Below the pieces are notes generated by a model. It ran no database searches, was not told the DNA's origin, and worked only from the letters and a program-made list of their open reading frames with translations. This document shows positions 1 to 9,072 of a DNA stretch of 64,000 nucleotides, piece by piece. How positions within the stretch are numbered: the first letter of the stretch is position 1; every line of letters begins with the position of its first letter. The DNA is taken from NCBI GenBank assembly GCA_046583355.1, contig JAYGCM010000069.1, positions 1-64,000 on the forward strand, read 5' to 3'. Origin of the DNA: Deltaproteobacteria bacterium. Its GTDB lineage: Bacteria; Desulfobacterota; Binatia; UBA12015. Made by a program: the position numbers and the translations under genes.

Positions 1-1
1 G

Positions 2-3000
2 GATCCCGGCACCGGGCGCCTGGTGGGCGAATACGTGGACGTCACCTTCGGGGGAGGCAAGACCTGGACGGTGGCGGACGAGGTCGATCGCATCTACGAA
101 TACGATCGCGACGACGACCGATTTGAAGAAGCGCTCGTATATCATACGGTCGACCAGCTCCAGCGCTACTTTCACGAACTCGGCTTCGACGACCATGTCG
201 GCGCTGCGAACGGAATTCGCGACTTCCCGACTCTGGCCAACCCGCATTGGGACGAAGAAGACCAATCGTTCTATTCGACCGGCGACGATGCGATTCATTT
301 TGGTGACGGCGGCGTGGATGATGCCGAAGACGCCGACATCGTCGCACATGAATATGGCCACGCCATCCAGCATAATCAGAATTCCTGCTGGGGCGGTGGC
401 GAGATGGGGGCGATGGGCGAGGGCTTTGGCGACTACCTTGCCGCCAGCTTCTATGCCGGCATCGGCGACCCGACCTATCAGGCCAGTGACGCCGCCTGCG
501 TTGGCGAATGGGACGCCAGTTCGTACTCGAGCGACACGCCCCCGTGCTTGCGCCGGGTCGATGGCAGCAAGCTCTATCCCGGCGATCTGACGGGTTCTGT
601 TCATGACGATGGGGAGATCTGGTCGCGCCTCCTCTGGGATATTCGTGCGGCAATCGGCGCTCTGAGCGCTGACCGGATTGTTCTGGAGCATCATTTTGCG
701 GTCCCCTGTAGCGCCAGCATGGTGGATGCCGCCAACGCTCTTGTGCAGGCGGACGCGGATCTTCATGGCGGTGCCAATGCTGGTGCCATTCGCAGTGCGG
801 CGTGCGAGCGGGGGATCTTCAGCGGCGCGCAATGCGGCGGTCTATCGCTCAGCCTGGCGGCCTCGCCGATCCCCGCCGTAAGCGGCGAAGTGCTCACCTA
901 CACGCTGACCATCCGCAACGAAGATGCCGAAGCCGCAACCGCGGTGGTTGCCGTCGCGGCCGTACCTGCGGGCACCTCCTATATCAGTGCATCGGCCAGC
1001 CACACGGGCAGCGAATTCGGCGGGACCATTTCCTGGCCGGCTTTCGATCTGGCAGCCGGGGCGTCGGCCCAACGTAGTTTCGTCGTGACGGTCGTGGCGC
1101 CCGGCGGCGGGGGCATTCTCTTCGCCGACGATATGGAAACCGGCGCTTCGCGCTGGGCCGTCAGCCATGGCGCGGGTATGGTCGATTGGGCGCTCAGCAG
1201 CGCCAACGCCTTCGGCGGCTCGGGCCGCAGCGCAAAGGTTCCTTCGACCGAGGTCGGTGCGACGAGTTGCACCGATGGCAAGGCGGGAGTCTTCAGCTGT
1301 CAGGACGTAGACCTCGAATATTACTATCCGATTTCCTCGATCGGCGGCGGCGAGGGGGCCGACGGCTGGGGCTGGACCGACCCCGGCACGCAGAAAGAAT
1401 ATATATTGATGGGCCGTTCCAACGGTACGGCCTTCATTGATGCAAGCGTGCCCTCGGCGCCTGTTTATCTCGGCAATCTGCCCACGCAGACGAGCAATAG
1501 CGACTGGCGCGATATGAAGGTCTACGCGAACCATGCCTTCATCGTCAGTGAGGCGAGCGGGCATGGGTTGCAGATTTTCGACCTGACGCAGCTCCGTTCG
1601 GTGGCCACACCGCCGGCATCCTTCACGGCGACGGCCCATATGTCCACCTTCGGCTCGGCGCATAATATCGTGATCAACGAGGACACGGGCTTTGCCTATA
1701 TCGTCGGTGCCGATGTCTGTTCGGGGGGCCTCTATATCGTGGATATTTCCGACCCCATGAACCCGGCCTATGCCGGCTGCTACGATGGCGACGGCTACAC
1801 GCATGACGCGCAATGCGTGGTCTACGCCGGACCGGATTCCGATTATTCCGGCCGCGAAATCTGCTTTTCCTTCAACGAGGACACCATCACGATCGTCGAC
1901 GTGACCGACAAGGCGAATATCGTCCAGCTTTCAAGGTCGACCTACAGTGGTTCGTCCTATATTCATCAGGGCTGGCTGGCGGATGGTCAGCGCTATCTTC
2001 TGGTGGGAGATGAGGGCGACGAGGAGGCCTCCGGACACAATACCCGAACCTATATTTTCGACGTGGCCGACCTCGACGCGCCGATCTTTGTCGGTGCCCA
2101 TACCGGGGATTTACCTGCGATTGACCACAACCTCTATACTGTAGGGAGCTTCGCCTATCAGGCCAATTATACGGCGGGTCTCCGGATCCTGAAGCTGACG
2201 GACCTCGCGTCCGTCGATCTCTGTGAGGTGGCTTCCTTCGACGTGTATCCCGACTCCGACACGGCCATTTTTCAAGGCGCATGGAGCGTCTATCCTTATT
2301 TCGCTAGCGGCCTGGTGGCTGTGATGTCCATGGAGGGACTGGTGCTGGTGCGGCCGGACCTGAGCGACCCCAGTTGCGCGGATACGGGCGAAGGCACCGG
2401 CCAGTCCTTTTTCGCCGCGGATGTCGCCGAGGTCAGTGACCAATACCTGGAGATCGCCAACTCTCTTCTGCTGCCCGCGAGCGCCGAGCTCCGTTTCTGG
2501 CATTCTTACCATTTTGAAAGCGGATTTGATGGCGGCGTGCTCGAGATCGCCTCGGCCGGTGGCGCTTGGACGGATATCGGCTCGAAGTTCGTCGACAACG
2601 GATACGACGGGGAAATCTCGGGGGATCACGGAAACCCGATCGGTGGCCGCAGCGGGTTTTCTGGCTCAAGCGGTTCCTATATTCTTTCGCTGGTCGACCT
2701 CGCCGATTTCGCCGGGCAGACGGTGCGTCTCCGTTTCCGACTGGGCACGGATTCCAGTATCGCCGGGCAGGGTTGGTATATCGATGATGTCTCGATCTCG
2801 AGCGGCGTGACTCTCCAGGGGAGCGCCTCGGTCAGTAGTGCCGGAAACGCAACCATCAGCGCGAATACCAGCACCTCGATCGTCGGCGAAGGGGGCGCGG
2901 CGCTATGTGGCGACGGCGTGATCGACGCCGGCGAGTCTTGCGATGATGCTGGTGAGAGCAGTAGCTGCGATGTCGATTGCACGGCGGTGGTTTGTGGCGA

Positions 3001-3871
3001 TGGAACGACCAACGCAAGTGCCGGCGAAGAATGTGACGACGGTAACGGAGTGGAAGGCGACGGCTGCTCGGCGCTCTGCCTCGCCGAGACGGCGCTTTCG
3101 GCCGAGGCGCGCAAATGCCTGCAGCAGAACGCGATCTGGGCAGCGAAGGTCGCCAAGTTACAGTTTGTCGAAAATCAGGGCTGTTCCCGCGATGCTTCGA
3201 AGGGTCGCTTGTCCGGGATGACCCTGGCGGAGTGCCCGCGCGCGGATCGTCGGGCCAGGATGCGGACGCTGGCGGTCAAATTCGAGGCCGTGCAGGCGGC
3301 GAAGTGCACCGAGTTGCCGGGCTTCGGGTTTGTTTCGGCCGCAGATATCGCGACCGCTCTCGCTGGCGAGGGGGCGGCGGCTCTTATCGCCGTCTTTGGT
3401 GGAGACCCTGCGGCGACCGTCATTGACGCAACCGTCAAGGCGAACAAGCAGAAATCCGTCTGTCAGCTGACGGTGCAGAAATTCACCGACAAAATCGGCT
3501 TGACGATGTTCAAGGAATTCAGTTCGTGCGTGAAGCGCGAGGTCGCAGGCCGCGGTGATCCGATTGCCTCGATCGCGCGCCTGAAATATTGCCTCGATGT
3601 CGTGAAGGCGGATGCGCGAGGGAAGGTGGCGAAGGCCGTCGCCAAGCTCTCCTTCCAGATCACCAAGCGATGTCTGACCCCGGGCATCGACTTGACGCAG
3701 ATGGGCGGCAGTTGTGTCGAGGGAACCGACGCCAATGCGGTGGCGGCCTGCCTCGAGACCGAGATGGCCTGCCGCGCCTGCTCGATGGCGGACGGGGCAT
3801 TTGTTCTGGGTGTGGATTGTGACGCCTTTGATGATGGCCTGAATAACGCCACTTGTGGAGATTTTCGCTGA
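2..3871 (+). CDS. Multidomain secreted zinc metallopeptidase (M36/M4-like, DUF11, choice-of-anchor B/LVIVD propeller, jelly-roll, Myxococcus-type Cys-rich repeats, Cys-rich C-terminal domain); 5'-truncated by the window edge
   Basis: Frame is open from base 2. HEYGH zinc motif followed by GEGFGD; LTYTLTIRN (DUF11-like); WRDMKVYANHA, HNIVINEDTG and HDAQCVVY (choice-of-anchor B); CGDG..CDDGN repeats. Confidence 0.8.
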   Translation, partial: DPGTGRLVGEYVDVTFGGGKTWTVADEVDRIYEYDRDDDRFEEALVYHTVDQLQRYFHELGFDDHVGAANGIRDFPTLANPHWDEEDQSFYSTGDDAIHFGDGGVDDAEDADIVAHEYGHAIQHNQNSCWGGGEMGAMGEGFGDYLAASFYAGIGDPTYQASDAACVGEWDASSYSSDTPPCLRRVDGSKLYPGDLTGSVHDDGEIWSRLLWDIRAAIGALSADRIVLEHHFAVPCSASMVDAANALVQADADLHGGANAGAIRSAACERGIFSGAQCGGLSLSLAASPIPAVSGEVLTYTLTIRNEDAEAATAVVAVAAVPAGTSYISASASHTGSEFGGTISWPAFDLAAGASAQRSFVVTVVAPGGGGILFADDMETGASRWAVSHGAGMVDWALSSANAFGGSGRSAKVPSTEVGATSCTDGKAGVFSCQDVDLEYYYPISSIGGGEGADGWGWTDPGTQKEYILMGRSNGTAFIDASVPSAPVYLGNLPTQTSNSDWRDMKVYANHAFIVSEASGHGLQIFDLTQLRSVATPPASFTATAHMSTFGSAHNIVINEDTGFAYIVGADVCSGGLYIVDISDPMNPAYAGCYDGDGYTHDAQCVVYAGPDSDYSGREICFSFNEDTITIVDVTDKANIVQLSRSTYSGSSYIHQGWLADGQRYLLVGDEGDEEASGHNTRTYIFDVADLDAPIFVGAHTGDLPAIDHNLYTVGSFAYQANYTAGLRILKLTDLASVDLCEVASFDVYPDSDTAIFQGAWSVYPYFASGLVAVMSMEGLVLVRPDLSDPSCADTGEGTGQSFFAADVAEVSDQYLEIANSLLLPASAELRFWHSYHFESGFDGGVLEIASAGGAWTDIGSKFVDNGYDGEISGDHGNPIGGRSGFSGSSGSYILSLVDLADFAGQTVRLRFRLGTDSSIAGQGWYIDDVSISSGVTLQGSASVSSAGNATISANTSTSIVGEGGAALCGDGVIDAGESCDDAGESSSCDVDCTAVVCGDGTTNASAGEECDDGNGVEGDGCSALCLAETALSAEARKCLQQNAIWAAKVAKLQFVENQGCSRDASKGRLSGMTLAECPRADRRARMRTLAVKFEAVQAAKCTELPGFGFVSAADIATALAGEGAAALIAVFGGDPAATVIDATVKANKQKSVCQLTVQKFTDKIGLTMFKEFSSCVKREVAGRGDPIASIARLKYCLDVVKADARGKVAKAVAKLSFQITKRCLTPGIDLTQMGGSCVEGTDANAVAACLETEMACRACSMADGAFVLGVDCDAFDDGLNNATCGDFR

Positions 3872-4338
3872 GCGCGGCGGGTCTCGTTGGAATCCTCAGC
3901 GGGTTCGGGATTTTTGTCGGAATTGCGCTCGGCGGCAAGGATGCCGAGGAGGCCTTACGCTCGTTTTGCCTCTGGGGCCTGGGCTCGGTGGGGCTCCTGA
4001 GTGCGTTCCGCCATATCTTTCTTGCTGGTGCCATGCGCGAAGGGCACGAGGCGATGGGCCTGGGCCGCGCGACCTTCTTCGAATGGGAGGCGGGCTCTGC
4101 GAATCTCGCTTTCGGCAGTGCGGCCTTGCTGACCGCCTTGGGTGATTGGGGCGTGCCGGCGATGTCGATTGTGGGGATCAGCTACTCGATCTATCTGCTT
4201 GGCGCGGTGCTTGCCTCTGCTGTGGTCGGTTGGCGCGCCGGGACCCTGCGCCGCGCGATTCTCTTCGGCCTGCTCACGACCGCCCTCGTCGCCGCCACTC
4301 TCCTGCGGGTTCTGCCAGCTCTGCGAGCGGACCTCTAG
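3853..4338 (+). CDS. Small integral membrane protein (DUF6790-like)
   Basis: Several hydrophobic helices; FFEWEAGSANLAFG motif; overlaps the end of the upstream gene. Confidence 0.6.
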   Translation: MWRFSLSAAGLVGILSGFGIFVGIALGGKDAEEALRSFCLWGLGSVGLLSAFRHIFLAGAMREGHEAMGLGRATFFEWEAGSANLAFGSAALLTALGDWGVPAMSIVGISYSIYLLGAVLASAVVGWRAGTLRRAILFGLLTTALVAATLLRVLPALRADL

Positions 4339-4501
4339 GGAGAGCAGCTTCTTTATCAGGGACTCGGGACCCCAATGGTCAGCAACCCGGGCAGGCTCGC
4401 GAAGCGGGGCTCCAGGCCAGCTCGGTCGATGACTTCTTGCGCTCCGTCCGGGAAGTCTCGCGGGATCGCCGGACTCGTTGGTTGCGGACCGGCCCGCTAC
4501 C

Positions 4502-5914
4502 TCAGCCCACCTCTCGCTTCGCTGCCGCCAGTGCGGCGAACTCGGGGCGACCCTTGTAGAACGAGTCGAGTGGGTAGCAGCCCGAGACGAGGCCGTTGCG
4601 GGGTGCCGTCGTGCAATCACTGAATGTGCGGCATACTCGCTTACGCGCGAGCGGCGTGCCGAGCAGAACATCGCGTGGCAGTTCCGGGTACGAGAGCACC
4701 ATGCGGCCCAGGCCGATCACGTCGGCCCCGCCGCCTCGGATCACCGCCTGGGCGACACGTGGCAGCCATTCCTGCAGGTAGGTGTAGGCGGAGCCCACGA
4801 TGCAGAGCCGCGGATGGAGCCGCTTGAGCTCTGCCGTGGCGCGCAGCTGTCTGGCGACGCCGACCAGCGGATCTTCGGGCAGTCGGTAGCCGTCCGACGG
4901 CGGGTAGAACGCAGGGCGCTGCACATGCGGGTTGTAGTAAGGGCTACCGGCGGTCGTGCAGAGCATGGAGACCCCGGCCTGCTCAAGCATCCCGACCAGT
5001 GCCGAGGTCTCCGTCAGATCGAAGTCGAGGCCGTCGGTATTGCCGCCGAAGGGTCGGTGGGCCGACCTTTCGGGCCGGCCTGCGCCGTCCGGACCGGCGT
5101 GAAACGGATGCAGGTCGAAGATCGATAGGCGCACGCCGAGCGCGAGTTCAGGCGCCTCGCGACGCACGGCCGCGATCGTGCGGCGCAGGAAACGCGAGCG
5201 CCCTTCGAGATCGCCGCCGTAGGGTCCGGGCCGCTCGCTGGCGGAGAGCAGCTCGTGGCTCAGGTACCCATGGCATGCCTTGATGTCGACGAAGTCGAAG
5301 CCGGCGTTTTGTGCCAGTCGTGCCAGAGCGGCGTAGTCACCGACTAGGTCGTCCAACTCCATATCGCTCAGCAGCGCGTCGTCCGACTGGACGCCGACGC
5401 GGGCGTCGAGAATCGGGTGGCGAAACGCAATGCGTGGTGCTGGTTCACCGTGGGGCCGAGAGAAGCGCCCCGAGTGCGTGAGCTGAAGGCCGACAAGGAG
5501 ATCGTCGCTGCGCTCCTCGTTCTCTCCGTGCGAGGTCACGACGAGCGCGCAGAGCTCGGCGAGGTCGCGTTCGCTCTCCGGGTTGCGCGCGAGCTGGCGT
5601 GGGTTGGCGCGGCCCTCGGGCTGCACGGCGTAGGCTTCGCCGCCCCATATGAGCTTGGCGCCGCTCGCGCCGAAGCGCTGCCAACGGCGACGCACGAGAT
5701 CGCTCGGCCGCCCGGAGGTGGTGCCGTCCCACCCCTCCATGGGCAGGATCGCGAAGCGGTTTCCCAGGGTGCGGCCCGCCACCTCAAGCGGCTCGGCCAG
5801 CGGCCCGTGCGCTTCCATCTCGGCGTCGAAGGGCAGGTCGATGCCAAGCTCGGCCAGGCGGGCGCGCAGCTTCGCCTCGGTCTGGAGCCTGGCGAGTTTC
5901 ACGATTCCGCTCAT
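4502..5914 (-). CDS. NADH:flavin oxidoreductase / Old Yellow Enzyme-like protein
   Basis: [18 protein letters not shown] and [14 protein letters not shown] motifs. Start placed at ATG 5914, which overlaps the upstream stop (ATGA). Confidence 0.85.
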   Translation of the reverse strand: MSGIVKLARLQTEAKLRARLAELGIDLPFDAEMEAHGPLAEPLEVAGRTLGNRFAILPMEGWDGTTSGRPSDLVRRRWQRFGASGAKLIWGGEAYAVQPEGRANPRQLARNPESERDLAELCALVVTSHGENEERSDDLLVGLQLTHSGRFSRPHGEPAPRIAFRHPILDARVGVQSDDALLSDMELDDLVGDYAALARLAQNAGFDFVDIKACHGYLSHELLSASERPGPYGGDLEGRSRFLRRTIAAVRREAPELALGVRLSIFDLHPFHAGPDGAGRPERSAHRPFGGNTDGLDFDLTETSALVGMLEQAGVSMLCTTAGSPYYNPHVQRPAFYPPSDGYRLPEDPLVGVARQLRATAELKRLHPRLCIVGSAYTYLQEWLPRVAQAVIRGGGADVIGLGRMVLSYPELPRDVLLGTPLARKRVCRTFSDCTTAPRNGLVSGCYPLDSFYKGRPEFAALAAAKREVG

Positions 5915-6855
5915 GCGAATTCCTCCAGGCGCCGCGCGATATCCTCCAGCGGGGCGCGGTCGCTCGCGGGCCGCTCGGGCGCGTTCGGGTGGGTTCGGGG
6001 GCTGTCGATGTGGCCATTCAGATGCAGAAACATGGCGGCGTCGTGCTTGTAGGCCGGCACCGGGTCGCGGAAGGCGAAGTGGCCGAGGTATTGCAGCAGG
6101 TCGTTGAGCTCGTAGAAGGCCGCGGATTCGCTCTTCCACAAGCGGTCACGCCTGGCGAAATGCTCCGGGGCAAACGCGGCCAGGCCAAGAAGGTAGTCGC
6201 TCCCGTACATCACCATATCGATGGCGAGGTCGTTTCCTGTCAATACGAGGAAATCGTCGCGGCGCTGGTCGCGAAGTGCCAGTCTTTCCCACTCAAGGCG
6301 CCGCGATAACGAGGAGTGCTTGGCACCGATGCATTGTGGAATGTCGAGCAGCTGCGCGTAGGCCGCAAGGTCGTAGATGCGCCCGTAGGGCACGAATATG
6401 GGGCCAAGCTCGAAGGCGATGAAGCTGTCATTGGTGCGCGCCAGCTCGGCGTGGGCTCCCGCCCAATCCGCGCCGTCAAGCGCTGCGAGGCCGTACGAGG
6501 GGAAGACGATAGGGGTACCGCCGCGCGCGGCGATCGCTTCCATGGCGCGTGCGTAAGCGTCGTGATTCCACGTATCGTGTGGCTGGTCGGCGACATACGC
6601 CCCGGCCACGAACGCGGCGCCTACGACTTCCTTGGCCGTGTCGAGGATGCGTAGGCGGGTTTCGGCGTCGAGGAGTTGGACGTAGCCGGTATCCATATTG
6701 ACTGCCGGAGTGAGGCCACTGGCGGCGGTGCGCGTGAGAAGGCTGCGGTAGGCGGCCCAATCGATCTCGCCCGCTTCGGTGAAGGGCAGCAGCACGGCGG
6801 CCATGCCGCGAATCGTGCGTGCCCGGCGGATGCGCGTGCTCGGGTGGCGACTCAT
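5911..6855 (-). CDS. Dihydrodipicolinate synthase-family (class I aldolase) protein, not DapA
   Basis: AVLLPF..GEIDW N-terminus; Schiff-base Lys in GAKHSS; LTGND motif. Confidence 0.85.
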   Translation of the reverse strand: MSRHPSTRIRRARTIRGMAAVLLPFTEAGEIDWAAYRSLLTRTAASGLTPAVNMDTGYVQLLDAETRLRILDTAKEVVGAAFVAGAYVADQPHDTWNHDAYARAMEAIAARGGTPIVFPSYGLAALDGADWAGAHAELARTNDSFIAFELGPIFVPYGRIYDLAAYAQLLDIPQCIGAKHSSLSRRLEWERLALRDQRRDDFLVLTGNDLAIDMVMYGSDYLLGLAAFAPEHFARRDRLWKSESAAFYELNDLLQYLGHFAFRDPVPAYKHDAAMFLHLNGHIDSPRTHPNAPERPASDRAPLEDIARRLEEFA

Positions 6856-7541
6856 GCGGCTGGCTCGGGGCGCAGGTAGCCGCGCACGACGTCGTGGATG
6901 TGGTCAAGACGGGCTTGTTGTTCCTTCTCTGACAGCAGATCGCGGGCAAAGGCCGTCCCCAGGGTGTGCGCGTTCGAGAGATAGAAATAGCCGAGCGCCG
7001 CGATCGTGATATAGAGCTGGATCGGGTCGACGTCGGGGCGGAATTCGCCGCGTGCGGCGCCGTGATCGAGAATCTCGCCGATACGATCGATCAGGGGGTT
7101 CTGCAGGGCGCGGACCCGTTCCGAGCGCTTCAGGTGTCGGGCGAGGTGGAGATTCTCGGAATTCAGGAGCCGAATGAAATCCGGATGCTCGACGAAATAG
7201 CGCCAGGTGAAGGTGACCAGACGCTCCATTGCCTCGGGGGGGGAGAGCGATCCGAGCTCGAGCGCCGCCTCGGCGTCGCGGATATTCGCGTAGGCCTCTT
7301 CGAGGACGATGCCGAAGAGAGCCTCCTTGTTGCCGAAGTAGTGATAGAGGAGGGCCTTGTTCACTCCGGCGATGCGCGCGATCTCGTCGACCCGCGCCCC
7401 GGCCAGGCCGTTGCCGGCAAACTCCTGCGTCGCTGCGGCCAGGATAGCGCTGCGGGTGCGGCCCGCGTCACGCGGTCGGCGGCTGCGGCCGGCCTGGCCG
7501 GCGGTGCTGCGGGGTTGTCTCTGAACGGCGCGGGCGGGCAA
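6852..7541 (-). CDS. TetR/AcrR family transcriptional regulator (RutR/NicS-like)
   Basis: HTH sequence [39 protein letters not shown] start preceded by an AGGAGG RBS. Confidence 0.9.
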   Translation of the reverse strand: MPARAVQRQPRSTAGQAGRSRRPRDAGRTRSAILAAATQEFAGNGLAGARVDEIARIAGVNKALLYHYFGNKEALFGIVLEEAYANIRDAEAALELGSLSPPEAMERLVTFTWRYFVEHPDFIRLLNSENLHLARHLKRSERVRALQNPLIDRIGEILDHGAARGEFRPDVDPIQLYITIAALGYFYLSNAHTLGTAFARDLLSEKEQQARLDHIHDVVRGYLRPEPAA

Positions 7542-7601
7542 GACGGCCTCCTCATGGCTTGGGCAAACGTAACGGATTTACTGGTTTTTACGGCTTGCAC
7601 A

Positions 7602-7631
7602 ATTATAACTAACTCGTTAGTTACATGTCAA
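7602..7631 (-). promoter_or_regulatory. Sigma70 promoter with an overlapping palindromic operator
   Basis: Minus strand TTGACA (7631-7626), N18, TATAAT (7607-7602). Perfect inverted repeat TAACTAAC-TC-GTTAGTTA at 7606-7623. Confidence 0.8.
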
Positions 7632-7650
7632 CTTCAACCGGGAGTCAATC

Positions 7651-9072
7651 ATGGAGCTGAAGATCCGATCCGTCGCATTCGCCGGCCGGCATTGCCGGAC
7701 GCGGATTCCCTTCCGTTTTGGCAAGGTCACCCTGGTCGAGGCACCGCTCCTCACGGCCCGGGTTGTGATCGAGGTCGATGGGCGCGAGTGGTCCGGCTAT
7801 AGCGCCGATCTGGCGATGCCCAAATGGTTCGCCAAGAACCCGGTGAGTCGTCCGGCCGAGGACTGGGAGCAGCTTTTCGCCAGCGCTCGGCGCGCCGCCA
7901 CCGCGTTTCGCGGTGCTGCGGGCACGCCCTTCGGCATCTGGCGTGAGGCCGATACGCGTTGCACGCAAGGGCAGCTTGCCAGCGGGATAGCCCTGGTCGA
8001 CGGCTTCGGCGTAGCGTTGTTGGAGCGGGCCTTGATCGACGCGGCGTGTCGGGCGGCGCAGCTCTCGTTTCGGCACGCGTTGGAGCAGGATCTTTTCGGC
8101 TTCGATCCTGGCGCACTCCTGCCCGAGACGGCAGGACTGACCGGTGCGGGCTTGCTCGCGGCGCGGCCGCCCGATCGGGTTGTGGTGCGGCATACGGTCG
8201 GCGGCGTCGACGTATTGCGCGCCAGCGAGGTGGCAGCCGAGTTGCGTGGCCGCGATGATCATCCGGTGGCGCTGGAGGAGGATATCCGTCGCTACGGCCT
8301 GCGTGCCTTCAAGCTCAAGGTGGGCGGCGATCCCGCGGCCGACTTCCATCGTCTCATCCAGATTTCGCATGTGCTGGCCGAGCACGTCCCGATCACGCCA
8401 TTGATCACTCTGGATGGCAACGAGCAATACGAAGATCTAGCGCAGCTCGCACGCCTCATCGACCGGCTCGCTTCGGACCCTGATGGGCGACGCCTCGTCG
8501 AGGGCCTGGCCTATATCGAACAGCCACTACCCCGAGCGCGCACCTTCGACCCCACGACCGCGGACGATGTGCACGCTCTTGGGCAGACGGCGCCCCTGCT
8601 GATTGACGAGGCCGACGATTCGATCGATGCGTTCTCCCGTGCGTGGGAAATCGGCTACCGTGGTGTGTCGGTCAAGAATTGCAAAGGCATCTTCCGCGCT
8701 CTTGCCAATCGTGCCCTATGCCTCGTGCGCGGAGGCGATGCGTTCCAGACCAGCGAAGATCTGACCAACTTGCCTGTTCTGTCGCTGCAGCAGGATCTCA
8801 CATTGGTCGCGGCCCTGGGCCTGCCGCATAGCGAGCGCAATGGGCATCATTTCTTTCCCGGGCTCGACGTCGTGCCGCCGGCAGAAGCGGAAGCGGCGCT
8901 GCTGGCGCACCCCGATCTCTACGAGCGCCGCGGCGAGAGGATCGTGCTCAGGATCTGCGACGGCGAGATGTCGCTGGCGTGTCAGCATGCGACGGGATTC
9001 GGATATGCGCTTGCTATCGATTGGGACGGCCGTCTTCCCCTCGATCGGCTCGCGGGAGAGGCGTCGGCATGA
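7651..9072 (+). CDS. Enolase-superfamily (mandelate racemase/MLE/OSBS-like) enzyme
   Basis: FKLKVGG (KxK); metal ligands in LDGNE, IEQP and IDE; KNCKG. Confidence 0.8.
   Translation: MELKIRSVAFAGRHCRTRIPFRFGKVTLVEAPLLTARVVIEVDGREWSGYSADLAMPKWFAKNPVSRPAEDWEQLFASARRAATAFRGAAGTPFGIWREADTRCTQGQLASGIALVDGFGVALLERALIDAACRAAQLSFRHALEQDLFGFDPGALLPETAGLTGAGLLAARPPDRVVVRHTVGGVDVLRASEVAAELRGRDDHPVALEEDIRRYGLRAFKLKVGGDPAADFHRLIQISHVLAEHVPITPLITLDGNEQYEDLAQLARLIDRLASDPDGRRLVEGLAYIEQPLPRARTFDPTTADDVHALGQTAPLLIDEADDSIDAFSRAWEIGYRGVSVKNCKGIFRALANRALCLVRGGDAFQTSEDLTNLPVLSLQQDLTLVAALGLPHSERNGHHFFPGLDVVPPAEAEAALLAHPDLYERRGERIVLRICDGEMSLACQHATGFGYALAIDWDGRLPLDRLAGEASA

Noticed and set aside
5915..6139. Extended N-termini in the ORF track (also 8979, 28066, 33236, 40756, 44202, 54427, 57540, 61569, 62695)
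   Set aside because: The extensions overlap neighbouring genes or lack family similarity. Downstream starts with an RBS or an ATGA overlap fit better.
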